In this document: positions 13,212-25,269 of the stretch, piece after piece
How positions within the stretch are numbered: position 1 is the first letter of the stretch
Layout of the letters: each line of letters starts with the position of its first letter
NCBI GenBank assembly: GCA_030141605.1
Contig: JAQGDQ010000102.1
Coordinates: 562,440 to 626,439, forward strand
Direction: 5' to 3'
From: Tubiluchus corallicola
Taxonomy: Eukaryota > Animalia > Priapulida
Length of the DNA: 64,000 nt
Translations under genes and position numbers: made by a program
Notes under the pieces: generated by a model
The model's database searches: none
The model's input: the letters and a program-made list of their open reading frames with translations, nothing else
Told to the model about the DNA's origin: nothing

Positions 13212-13295
13212 TGCATGTACGTCTGCTTCCCTAGAACCATCATACGTACTAAGGGCTATTGGAGCTGACGAAGATTTGGCTCACTCTTCAATCAG
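13212..13295 (+). CDS. NFS1: NFS1 exon with the catalytic persulfide cysteine ([18 protein letters not shown]…AHSSIR)
   Basis: ttcag/gtattc boundaries, 84 nt; completes the SSGSACTS group-I desulfurase motif. Confidence 0.98.
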
Positions 13296-14534
13296 GTATT
13301 CTAAATTTGTGTAAGAAATCAACATGGTTATTGTTGTCTGAATTGTAAAATTTAGATCTCGAGGGAACAGTTGAATGGTCATGTGGTGTGCTTCGTGACT
13401 TAAGTGACGACTAGGATGGTCATTGAGTGGTTTGTGGGCGCCTTGGTTCATTACTCGATCTGGATGGTTTCATACCCCATACTGATGCTACTTCGTTGAG
13501 TTAGGATGTATTCACATTCGAAAGTGGCTAACGGCACGTCCAGATTAGCAAATTTCCTCGCTAAATAAACTCGCAAGCATGTGCAGACTAGAGAGCAAAA
13601 CTTGTGTGAGTTATTCTCCAACAGTAAGCACAAGCTGACACTCTAACAGGTCTATTCGCAGCTAGAAGTGATGAGAGTAACTTGCCGAGACGTTCACATG
13701 ATCTTCTTGTGTGCTAATGATATTTGTAAAAAATTGTGTAAAATTTCGGGCAGCAGCAAGCCACAGCTTAGCTGGAACAACATATTGCTCTGGTGTTCAT
13801 AACACGCTGTGCCCATTGTCCTGCTGCAGCTTCTAGCAACAGGGTGCAGACTCGTTATTAGTAAACTTGGCGTTGTTATGATGACCGGGTGTTTTTCTTT
13901 TGAAGTAAATTGGGAAGTAAATAAAGTATTGCATGTGTGTAATTTCACTGCTACTTGTAGTCGTATGATACTAACAAGCGGTCAACTAGGCACACAGGTC
14001 TCACACATGCAGCCTTTAATATTCTCCTTTAATTGTTAACAGTAAGAAATCAGTGTTTAATTCATTTCAATTCAAATTTATTTGCCTCATACGACTCAAG
14101 GGAAATGCATGCTTAGATATGCCCCTGGTTGGAGTTACTCTTTTCGTTTTGACGTTCGGGTAGCAAGGGAATCCTGGCAACGTTCACATCCTCCCTCAAA
14201 AAAAGCAAGCACTTAGAGGCGACAAATCAAATTGCACAGAAGCAGTTTTCTTGACAATTACACTGCTGCTGAAGTATCCTAGATCCAGGGCAAGTGAACA
14301 CCATGACCACTGAGCTATTCATCCTTCCCTAATCTATTCTTTAACTCTAGCATATTTCAGTTTAACTCTGTTCGTATGATATCAAATTTTCTATTTGGTG
14401 TGATACTATTTTATTTGAATGTAACACAAACTGTTGAGTAAAAGTGTTATAAAAGCATTTGGTGTCATCTGTTGGTAAAAAGCACAATCATTGACAGGAG
14501 TTGCATGTTTTAATTTTCTATTTGCTGCACTCAG

Positions 14535-14624
14535 GTTTGGTATCGGAAGATTCACTACGGAAGAGGAAGTGGACTTCACTGCGGAACGGACGATAAATGC
14601 TGTCAACCAGCTCAGGGAGATGAG
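14535..14624 (+). CDS. NFS1: NFS1 exon (FGIGRFTTEEEVDFTAERTINAVNQLREM)
   Basis: ctcag/gtttgt boundaries, 90 nt. Confidence 0.97.
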
Positions 14625-15327
14625 GTTTGTGATTTGATAAAGAAATTGTTAATTCCTACTGAATTTACCGAGCAAGGTAACATGGAAAACAATGTAGTTA
14701 AAAGTGCAGGGTGTTAGTAAATTGATTCTTTGTTACAGCCTATGTGTTATTTTTTGCTCCTACATTATACCCGCTTCTGACTTTTTCCCTATTTACATGC
14801 TTTGCTGTTAGCAGGAATGAGAATTTTCCGCAGATACGCGGAATTCCGAGTTTTTGGAAGACCAGTGGTGCCATTTTTGTAAATCGCGTAAATTCGTTGA
14901 GAAAATTTTTACGGACCCAGTACATTCACAAGCTGACCGCTAGTTGGCAGGCCGTCACTTTGTTTACATCACGTACATCAGTTTAACCACATGTACATCT
15001 CTATGTATAAAAATATAGAGTCAATTGTGCGGAGTTATTTGAGTCAATTGCAGACAGTTTTTATATACTTTTGCATAGGAGCGGCCAGTACTTAGGTGTT
15101 TTTGAGAAAATTAGGTATCATGTATCCTTGATAGTTGGGTATTTTAAATTATGCATGAAACAAGGTAATTGATATTTTAAGTCCATTTAGAGGCTCTTTA
15201 TGGTCACAAAATTGCAATTTGTTGCTCCCTAGGCGGCCCCCAAACCCCCGGCCTGTTTCAGAGTTTTTTGCAATTTGTCATTCTCATCCCTGTGTTTGCA
15301 TTTACTTTAGCTACTAATGTTTATACT

Positions 15328-15720
15328 AGTGTGAGCATTCTCTTCCAGAAAGCGAATTCGAATCTGTGACTTTCAAATTCGAATCGAACTGAATTTCAGT
15401 ATTTCGAACCGGAATCGAATTCTAATTAAGTTTGAAAGATTTTTGAACAAGTTTTTGAACCACTAGTAAAAAGCGGTCTTGTAAAGGATCATGCATATTA
15501 TTTGATTTTGTTCTGCAGTAACACAACTATTAGCTTGTTAAAAATTTTGCACTGAAACTGCAGCTAAATTATGCTAATTGCATGCTGCTTCAAACATTTT
15601 AATGATAAAGAATATGTGGCCGAAGTGCTGAACTATTCGATTCTATAATGTTACATTTGAATCAAATTCGAACTAAAAAAACTTGTTCAAATCGAATTTA
15701 AACGTTCGATGCTCAGTGTG
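15328..15720. mobile_element. MITE-like element rich in ttcgaa/atcgaa repeats; related inverted fragment at ~30620-30805
   Basis: Shared tgagcattc/gaatgctc ends and (ttcgaat)-type internal repeats. Confidence 0.5.
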
Positions 15721-15880
15721 AGATAAACTAGGTTCTGCCCAAGTTTCCAGTGTTTTTTCTGTAGCTGGGATGTGAAATTTATTCAGTTTAATAACAATAT
15801 TTTGTCTGTAGAACCATGCTTTTGTCTCACCTGATTATGAGTTTAGTATGTTCTAAACGGCAAGATTTCTAATAAACGTT

Positions 15881-16215
15881 CAAACTGTTTGTAGTGTGTT
15901 AGTCAAAATATAGGTGTTTTCCATCTGTTTGTGGTGCGTTAATCAAAGCACAGTTTCTTCAAACTGTCTGTAATGTGTTGATCAAATGCACATTTTTTTT
16001 GAAACTCCTTGTAATCTGTTAATCAAAGTACAATTTTTTCAAACTGCTTGTAGTATACTAATCAAAATGCATTTTTTCCAAACTATTTATGGTGTAGTAT
16101 TCATAGTACAGCTTTTCAAACTTTTTGTAGTGTGTTAATCAAAGTGCTGTTCTTCATCTGCTTGTAGTATGTTAATCAAAGTGCAGCTGTTCTTCATCTG
16201 CTTGTAGTGTGTTAC
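15881..16215. repeat. Degenerate ~39-bp minisatellite, ~8 copies
   Basis: Recurring aaactgyttgtagtgtgttaatcaaag…tttt. Confidence 0.85.
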
Positions 16216-16311
16216 AGCATAGCCATCTTGTAAGCCATACCATAATGAAATTCTCTTCTGTACCGCTTTTATTCTATTTGCGGCATTTAAATATGGCAAT
16301 TTTTTTTATAG

Positions 16312-16375
16312 TCCACTATGGGAAATGTATCAGGATGGAGTAGACCTGAAATCTATCAAGTGGTCTCAGCACTGA
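16312..16375 (+). CDS. NFS1: NFS1 last coding exon (SPLWEMYQDGVDLKSIKWSQH*)
   Basis: tatag acceptor, 64 nt to TGA, conserved eukaryotic C-terminus. AATAAA candidates at ~16696 and ~17276. Confidence 0.98.
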
Positions 16376-18365
16376 GAGTGAGAGTATGGCAATTTTTCAC
16401 AGGCTGATTCATTGAGAATGGTTGCACCATTAATATCATGTTCATATCGGTCAGTTCGGTCGCAGTATTGATGTTGGTGACAATGATCTATCATCGGAGG
16501 TTAGCTGTTACCTTTCAGGCTATTGTTTGTACCAGTCAATGTTTATAGTCATCGTGGTTGAACAATTATAATTACCTCTGTTTTTGACCAGAATTCATTC
16601 CTAAAAAGTGTTTGAAAACCGATTTTGTTGAGTACCGAATCATTTTTTTTCCATAAGAAATAATGTAAAAGCAAATAATCCGTTCTCAAGCGCCAAATAA
16701 ACTGTAAACTATTACTAAAATGAAATATGATAATGTAAAAATGTTTACCTAAACAATAGATATGATATATATGATAAGAAAAACACAATAGAATTACTTA
16801 GAAGAAAAACATAATTATTCCTGCATGAAAAAACCTTACGTGTTAGTAGCAGTGTGATGGTATACATAAGCAAGAGCAGAAACACGTGTATGATTACTCT
16901 CGGGCGCGCTCGGGTTTACTCGGATCGCCATGCATGCATTCATCACATGCTTGGTGGTTTGTCGAGTACCGAAATTGTGGTTGAGAACGGAGACAATTTC
17001 AGCTCGAATTTTCTGGTCGAAAACCAATTTGTACGGAGATGTTCGAAAACTGAGGTATGACTGTACACCGATCCAGATGTGGTGTCGTTGCCATGCAAAC
17101 TTTCGAGTTTGTGTGTTTTTACACTAAATGCTTGTGTTTTTGCGAGTCAACTTTTATGTCAAAATGTGTTTATGTCGAAGTACGGGTTCTATGACTGTAG
17201 CTTATTAAAAGAAAGTACAAGTCACTTAGCACGTTGGGATTTATTTTGTGCTATCATTTAAAACTTGAAAAATGTAATAAAGAAATTTGCAAAAAAATCT
17301 GTCTTGAAAGTTTAAAGTTAATTTATACTTCCACTGTATAGAAATTTTCAGGAGTGGTGGTAGCCATCATTCATTTGAAAATTATGACGTAAACTGGTGG
17401 ATTTCTTGAATTTTCATAAGCGTTTCTACCCAAGCATCAAATGAAGTGATTTTACTAATTCCACGAAGCGCTTATTGCACATTCATTACTAAATCCTTCT
17501 GGCATTTTTCGTGAACATTGAAATGAGCTGAACTTCCAAAAAGAGTTAGCCTTTCCTTTAAATTTCAGGTGGATTTAATTTCACAAATTTTGCTTCTTTT
17601 ATACTAAATTTAATCTTTACGAAATTACCCTTAGAGTTTTTGTGATAAATTAATCTCCAGTTAAATTGAACAAACTTACATCAATCAATTGGATGAGTCG
17701 ATGCTAAATTTTGCTCCAATATTCTTTTGTTAAACCAAGAAATCTAGACATTCACTAAGAAAGGCTTAAAGTTTGTATAATTCAATTAAAGAAATTTGTT
17801 ACAGATTTATTAACTGCAAATCTATTGCGATTAGCTTCAGAAACTGTGGCGTTTTCTTCTGCTTCAAATGGTAATTTTTCTTCAGAATCATCAAAGCGGC
17901 AAAAAAGGAAAGAAAGTACGTGACTTTTTCCACATTTTCCGTAAAACCAGTTGGTAAACACACGCGTCGCGTTACTTGATGATATTTGTGTTTTATTTCT
18001 GTGTATAATTAATAGATAGAAGCGTCTAGTATTTCAGCTTCGTAGCTTACCTGTCTACCTGGCAGTAATTAGTAATTACAAATGGGCAAAATAATTAATA
18101 TCATATTTTACCATTTCCATTTGATATCTCTGATAGTGGTGTTGCTAAATATGTTTTTTGAAATCGATACAAGAAGTAAATAGGGTATGTTTGTTTGCAT
18201 GCGTATCTGCTAACATGATATCTGACAGTATCTGTAAAACTAATTGGTAAACACATGTTTCTCATGTTCTTACTATGTATGTTGGGGATACGTAGGATGA
18301 AATCTCATAACTACTCTGTCACGTTGAACTGGTACCTTGGGCGGCAAAGCATGGGAGGTGGTAAT

Positions 18366-18743
18366 CAGGGCCTATTTCAGGGGGGGAAGTGGGGTACTTC
18401 CCCGGGGCCTCACCCTCCAGGGGGGCCTCGCGCGAAGGTAACATTTTTTTTGCTTTATGCGAATGTACTGCCTCCTCTCTCTCTCTCTCTTGCCGTACGT
18501 GCGCCGTTTGCCAGTATTGACAAGTATTAAGGACTGATCTTGAGAATAAAGCAATTTTTCTTTCAATTGCTCTTTCCTTTAACAACTGTATAACTCCATA
18601 TTATCTCTTCGAAAATGCTTCTCCGGTGTTCTAGCAGCTCAAAAATTTTCTGGGCTCCAACCATGGTGGCGCCCGACCCCCCCCCCCAAGGGGCCTCACG
18701 CGCCCCACCTCCCCAGGCCTCGCTTAGGCTGAAATAGGCCCTG
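18366..18743. mobile_element. hAT-like MITE
   Basis: Perfect 15-bp TIRs CAGGGCCTATTTCAG / CTGAAATAGGCCCTG. 8-bp flanks gtggtaat / ggtgtaat form an imperfect TSD. GC-rich subterminal repeats. Confidence 0.85.
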
Positions 18744-19995
18744 GGTGTAATCCCAGGTCTCACGTTCAAGTCCCGACGGGTTCACAGTTTTCAGGGTCTC
18801 CCTTCTTTCTCCGATGCAATGGGTAATAATTTTTGTGAAATAACATGCAATGGTTTGTGAAAATTCTGTGAATCGCAGTCATAATCTAATTAATCTCATG
18901 CATATTTTTTGGCATTGATAGAAGAAATAAGTAGGGTAAGATTAATGCCTGCGAATTATTTAATGAATAGCGAAAATTAAATTTTGTGAGAAAAATTGCA
19001 AAGTCTTGCACATTGAGAATTCCAAAGCTATGCTACTATGTAAATAACAGTCGAGTAAATTTAAGATTTAAATGTAGAGCTAAACGAAAATGTAAAATTA
19101 AAGGCTAAGAACTCATATAAAGATTATGTTTTAAAATACCTATTATAGCTTTTTACAACACTGTATAATGTAATATAATTACAAGGGAACTACAATGTGT
19201 GGTTATTGTAAAGTTAAATTTCTGTAGGTATGTTACTTTACTAACATCGCATTACCTGTTTTACTAACATCTTTATTGTTGTAAGCTGTATATTTTTATA
19301 CGAAATAAACTCATAATAATAACAATAATAATATTCGTTTGCATGTGAACAGAGTATGTGGGAAAAAAGCTCTAGGCAGGCATGGTTTAATCGTGCCAGA
19401 ATATTGTTATTTTTAAATTTGCTGACAATTAACAATATCGTTAGTTAGATTGTGACTGAATGCCACAAACCGTTGCCGTTTATTTCACTTGTGGGTAGTG
19501 GTGGAAGGAACTGCTGGAAAATTGTGAACCAGTTGACGTGAATCGTGTAAAATCGTGAATCCGAGACCCTGGGTTGACACCTCCCATGTTGTGCCACCCG
19601 AACTTCCAATTTAACATGACAGAGCAGGCCTGAGATTTCCTCCTTACAATCCAACAGCGCCACCTGTACAAGTACCCATACATGTACTAGCAGGAAACTT
19701 GTGGTATCAAGTTTTTCAAATTAGCTGGCAATTAACTATATCATTAATTAGATTATTGATTATAGTTTATTTTAATACAACATGTTTCCCAGTTTCATTT
19801 CACATTTCTGCTTAGGCCACAGCGTGACAACTGTCAAATCAGATTTTTTTCTATGTTTTTGGCTCACTTAGTGTAGAGAACCAGATCCTTGTAAATAATT
19901 CAACATAACTTGATTAAGTTTTGCAGTGAAAATGTTGAATTTGCTGTACCTTGTATATTAATCCATTATGGGAATTAAGTAAGCATCTTGTGATA

Positions 19996-20529
19996 CAGGG
20001 AGTCCCAAAAGTCACTGTACGATTTATGTTTTCGATATCTTTTTAACAAACAAAGCAAAATGGTTGAAAATTGATACAATGAACTAAAACATCCAGCAAT
20101 TAGTCTATTAGTCGAATTAGACAAAAGTCTGGAAAGAACTACTGCACTAGTTAGCTTTGCTTCAGAAACTAATCTAATGGCAAGCCACACATCTTACATT
20201 GAGAAATTTTTGTCACAGCTCATGAGTGGTTAGGAAGGGCTGCACCTTGCTGAAAAATGACATTGTTAATAGTGAGAGAATAATGTGGCTCGTATGCTGT
20301 TCTGAATTTCCATTGAACTTCAGTTAACGATTGTAGGACCTTTTACCAGACTGACTGCACCTCATTTCTAATGTTACAGTGATCGTCATAGCAACAGATT
20401 TCCAGTCAAAAATTAGGAAAAAATAATTGCCAAAAATCCCTTTCGATTCAGAACTTGCTGAGTTTGGAGAAAAATTTAAAAAGAAATTTGAAAATCAAAG
20501 TGACGTGCAGTGACTTTTGAGACACCCTG
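19996..20529. mobile_element. Tc1/mariner-like MITE
   Basis: 25-bp TIRs (22/25) cagggagtcccaaaagtcactgtac / gtgcagtgacttttgagacaccctg, with TA on both sides. Confidence 0.85.
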
Positions 20530-21959
20530 TATCTAAGTACGCTACAATTGTATTGAAATCATGGTCATTACATTTTGAACTCTGTTACCTCTGAAGGAAC
20601 AATTAATTTACAAAGAATTTATGTCCGAAGTATTATTTTATTTTGTTCGAATTTTGGTAATGAGGGCGTGTGAATGATGCCGTTAGTTGTTGACCTTAAC
20701 AGGCCTTATATAGCCTTATGTAGGCCTTTAAGGATTTCACGGGCCCAAGGCTGTCAACAAATGAAAGGCCTTATGTCCTCAACATATATGCCCTCCAAAC
20801 AAACTTGGAGCCCTTCATATTGGTAGCGGCATTAGTAAAAGAGAAAACTCACATCATCATGTAGCGCGAGTTTTCCACTTTCTAAAAAGCTATAAGTTTC
20901 TCTCCAAAACCTCAACCAAGTGCCACTAAAACGGTTTTCTTTACGGTGTTTGTCCAGATATGACAGGCGAAAAATCTGAAAAACACTCATTTTTGCTCAC
21001 CCTCGAACACCAGGTATAAAAAACGTCTCGTCTCAAGCACTGGGGTGGGGAGAGGGGAGTTCGAAAGAAATTTATAGCTCTTTGAAAAGAGACAACCGCC
21101 CTACACGACAAAGTTTGTCTCTTTTACAAATGCCTCTACCAAGTGAATGATTACAAGTTAATTTGAGGGACATTTTTTCTGGACGCCCCTGTGTATTTGT
21201 GAACTGCTGAATTTAATGTGCTTCTCTAAGGTGCTAAAATTCGGTTTTAATAATTTTGGTATCCTGTTAAAAATAGTATTATCTTACTTTAACTGGTCAT
21301 CGTTCTTAGAACTCCGAGGACCGATCAAAATTCAGGACCCCAAAGCTATTTATAGCCATCCCTGGATTAACCGTTAAAAGACATTAAGCAAAATAAGCAT
21401 GTTTTTAGGATCTAGGGGAAAGACGGGTTCCACAGAGTTTCTCAAGTCGAATAATTACCCAAAAGTAAATAATATCTGTATGTGTGGCCGTTTCTGCGTT
21501 TGTTTACAATATGGCGGTCAGATGGGCATCGAGATTCTGGCTATTGAAGAACCTGCGCTGTTCACTGCCCATGTGATAACAATGTATTATGAAAACGAGA
21601 AGATACGGAAAAAAGGATAGAGTCATCTCTGTATGTATATATATATATATGTAATATCACTTTTTCATGCAATGTAAAGCTGGTGCCTTAGCATTTACTG
21701 TGAATAATTCTTATACTGCAAGTTTTTTTCATTTCAAAAGAAAAATGTCGTTTTACAGTTTAGTATTGTTTTTATTCTGAGTGACATTGTATATGGGGTG
21801 CCATAATCGTTTCAGGCCTTGGGGCTCTTGAGGTCTTAATACCGTTCTGTACATAGCCACATTAGCCTAATGGTTAATGGCTAAGCTTAATTTGTGCCAA
21901 GCGAATTGTTTAAATTAAATCTCAAAGAAAAACAACCATTTAAAACAAGCACAAATCCA

Positions 21960-22003
21960 AATGCAGGGCTTAATAAACTTTATTGATGCTGTAACAGTTT
22001 ATT
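21960..22003 (-). terminator. Candidate distal poly(A) site of hunchback
   Basis: Two minus-strand AATAAA (21979-21984, 21998-22003) followed on the mRNA strand by a U/GU-rich tract. A proximal AATAAA lies at 25102-25107. Confidence 0.45.
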
Positions 22004-23139
22004 CCTTCACACCTTTGTACAACATTACAATGCAGAATATTCCGCGAGTCAATCAAAAGTTGCAGAGTTTGTAGAATTTCACCCGACAGTAAAATTATCC
22101 TACCAAATGCGTGACCGTGAACGGACACGGACGAACCTACGGCAACGAATATGGACATCTTTGGTGACTGAATAATACTGAAACATTTATCGACTAGACG
22201 ATGCTAAATTAGAATTAGAATAACAATTATAATCAATGAGCGCAAACTGAGGTCACTTTTATATGCACAATCAGAGAAGTTAATACAGTAAATGAAATGG
22301 CAAGAATTAACAAGACAAGAACTATATACTCACACTGGCAAAGCTTTGAAAGCTCATTCGCCATGCATAAATCAGTTACATTGGATGCTGCTATTCCTAA
22401 TTATTCAAATTCTGCAAGAGGATTTTTTACCTCTCAACAATATCTTTTTTACAATTCTCGTTGTGCTATTGAGTTAAACGTAAAAATTAGTTTTTACGTT
22501 TTGACCTGCTGGATCTACTGCCTATTGGACATATTACTAAATAAAATTAGAAAGTAGCAGAGTAGGTAAACAACTATGGCTTTTTCTAGCAGAGAAGCCG
22601 CTATCTTGATCAGATAAAAGGGTATTGCTTCTTCAGTTTTGTTAGGACGTATTGTGTTGCTCTTACAAAGTGTGTTTCATTCTTTTTTGAGGATATCCCC
22701 TCCTGACCACACACAAAAGGGGTGTTCGTAATCTACCACTGCTTGTCTTTTCTTCCATCTTACTAAAATGACTTCTGTTCTTACATCATCTTCCCACAAG
22801 CAATGCATATACTGGATGAAATAAATGCTGAAACTACGGAAACTGGTATTAGCAGAATTAGGGGAAGGTATTAAAATGCACAGCTATATCTATTGCAGAT
22901 TGAATTCTTAATGACAAAAATGGGCACAATTAACGAAAAATCCCACAAATCGAAGTCCAAAAGCGTCGGATTATCAGTTGGTGGGTCGATAATTTCAGAC
23001 ACCCTGTATAGTAATGTCAATGGACAATTTTTTGTACATTACTGGAATCATTCACTGCATTAGTTTTGGTCATGAGTGTTACAGCAGTGGCAGCTCATAG
23101 CTAAATTTACGGCGGGTGCTGTTTTAATACTGTGTAAAA

Positions 23140-23590
23140 CGAAACAAGCACATGTAATTTTAATGTTGTATTGTACTTTTAAACAAAGAAACATACGAAA
23201 ATGTATACATAAACTTGATAAAATCCTGAACGAAAAATATTGTTTGCTTACGACCAGCCGAACAGCCTAAATTGCCACAGTTTAAGAATATGTCGGTACT
23301 CGGTCTTTAGGCACGTGAAAACTGACAATAAACTGTGTGAGCGATAGTGCTTTCTCTACCTAGTAGCAGCGCTAGCAGTGCAGTATCCTACAGCAGTACA
23401 GTACAGCAGCAAACATGGTCGCATGCACATAACAGCCAAACATACAACTGTGCTGGGCTGTGAAGCAAACAGTACTACCCTGGTTCCGTACAAGTATAAA
23501 GAAAGAACTAAAGAGAAAAGACTCATCATATTGAATATTATCGACAATATTGAGTGAAAATAGGGGGTGCTGCAGTTCCACAGTACCTAT
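23140..23590 (-). repeat. Dispersed repeat; inverted partner of 11670-12090
   Basis: Reverse-complement similarity over ~400 bp. Confidence 0.85.
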
Positions 23591-24294
23591 ACACGAGCCA
23601 ACACTGAGTGTTAGTATGAAAAGTTATTGCATTCATGTTATTCCCTGTATTTTCAGCAGAATGCTTCCCTCTGATAACTGATTTATGCAGCGAATTTAGT
23701 TGCGCGTGTGAAGCTAACAAATTTGCATCATCAACTGAATCACAGCTACAATTATCTTATAAAATTACAATAAATTATGTCACAAAATCACAAAAAACAA
23801 ACAGCGTAAGATATTTGCATAAAATAAATTAAAACTATGAAAGCAGAACGAATATCTAACATGGCGACAATTTCTCAACTTTTCATCAATAAATAAGCAA
23901 AGCCTATACACTCCAACCTAGAAATTTTGATTTACAATTTAATTACACAATTACAGGGCAAGAATCTTTCTGTGTAGCACATTGATATTAAAATAGGCCT
24001 TTGAATCATTACTTTCCTGAATTCCATTCATAAATAATTAATATCGTATAAGCCATGGCAAGAGCATGGCACACCAATCACACGGTCCCAGTTTTTCTGA
24101 AAATGTCTCATTGCTTTCACTAAAATACAACGTAATTTTTGAAACTGCCTTCACAGTGGTACCTAAAATGGCGTTTGACATTGCCCCACAGTGGTAACAT
24201 TTAAAATTTAATTACAGAGTTAAACGCTACCGGCGCTAACAAATACTGCAGTTATTATGATATACATACAAACTATTCTAAACCTATATAGACG

Positions 24295-24313
24295 AACCCG
24301 TATCGATCTTGTG
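24295..24313 (-). promoter_or_regulatory. miR-100/miR-99 target site downstream of the hb stop, with seed plus 3' pairing
   Basis: + strand AACCCGTA-T-CGATCTTGTG versus miR-100 AACCCGUA-GAUC-CGAACUUGUG. Confidence 0.7.
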
Positions 24314-24746
24314 GCATATCAGCATGACGTAGACCCGCTCCGGGGGGTCCTGTAAAAAGCTTGCAAACAAAATGGCAGAACCTCTAATAATACAGCTAAC
24401 TTGTAGGCATAACTTACACTGGATATACTATGACAACTTTTGATAATTGTTATCACAAGTGGGACTGTAACGGTGGCTTTTTCATAAATCATACACAAAC
24501 GTTTAGTTGCTAAAGTTCCCATCTGTGCAGTTACGTCCTTTGGCATAACATTGCATAGTTCTAATGATTGGGTGCCACGATGAATTTGAAACAATAAAAA
24601 AATAAAACATACTTACAATTGCAACTCCTAATTACATTTAGTACACCTGATCGTAACTCGTTATTACACTTAAGACATCTGAACATCAAATGATAATACC
24701 CAAACCTTTGGTCCATTTTATCAGTCTGCTGTTAGTTTGAGAACAG

Positions 24747-25205
24747 GAGGTAGTATTGTTCATGTAGCCTGTGCACAATGATAATAATTGAAAAAACACT
24801 GTAATCGCTCCCACTTACATTATGACACTACATAAGATTTACATTAGTTGTATGATTTTTGTCAAAGTACCTCTGTACTTGGTTGTAATTTCATATGTTT
24901 TTGACAAACAATTTTCTGTAACTTCTTCACATATGACACCATTCCATGACATGGAAACAGTTACAGCAACTATGATCTATCTATGTTTGATGCATGATTT
25001 AACAGACTATCTACACATACAGGAATTCGGATATAATATGCACCCACATTCACTAGCTACAAACTTAGTAATAGCAATGTATATAATTATATTAACTAAT
25101 ATTTATTGCAGAACCTAGAATCATTTTGACACAGGAGAGGTAGTTTGAGGCATTGGTACTAAAAGTACCAAGCAATTGAGGTAGGTTTGATAAAAGGTGA
25201 GGTAG
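24747..25205 (-). promoter_or_regulatory. Four let-7-family seed sites in the hb 3'UTR
   Basis: mRNA CUACCUC(A) at 25198-25205 (8mer), 25177-25184 (8mer), 25137-25143 (7mer-m8) and 24747-24755 (match to let-7 nt 2-10). Confidence 0.8.
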
Positions 25206-25269
25206 ATATTTGGAATGATGGCCGTTCACTGGCCCACTGCAGCCTTGCTGAGTTATCATACCATTTGTC

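Noticed and set aside
19445-19683. Exon-like GC-richer ORFs with a tgtacag acceptor on the minus strand
   Set aside because: No recognisable homology, weak pyrimidine tract and no partner exons.
23001-23008. miR-10 seed site (accctgt)
   Set aside because: It is part of gacaccctgta, the Tc1/mariner-type terminus also seen at 20521.
24295-24380. A miR-100 gene on the + strand
   Set aside because: Three central nucleotides are missing and there is no complementary star arm at hairpin distance; better read as a target site on the hb strand.
21960-25269. Canonical Nanos response element (GUUGU-N5-AUUGUA) in the hb 3'UTR
   Set aside because: None of the AUUGUA occurrences I found has box A at the right spacing. 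At ~22018-22032 the boxes are in reverse order, and 25008-25015 is only a suboptimal UGUAGAUA.
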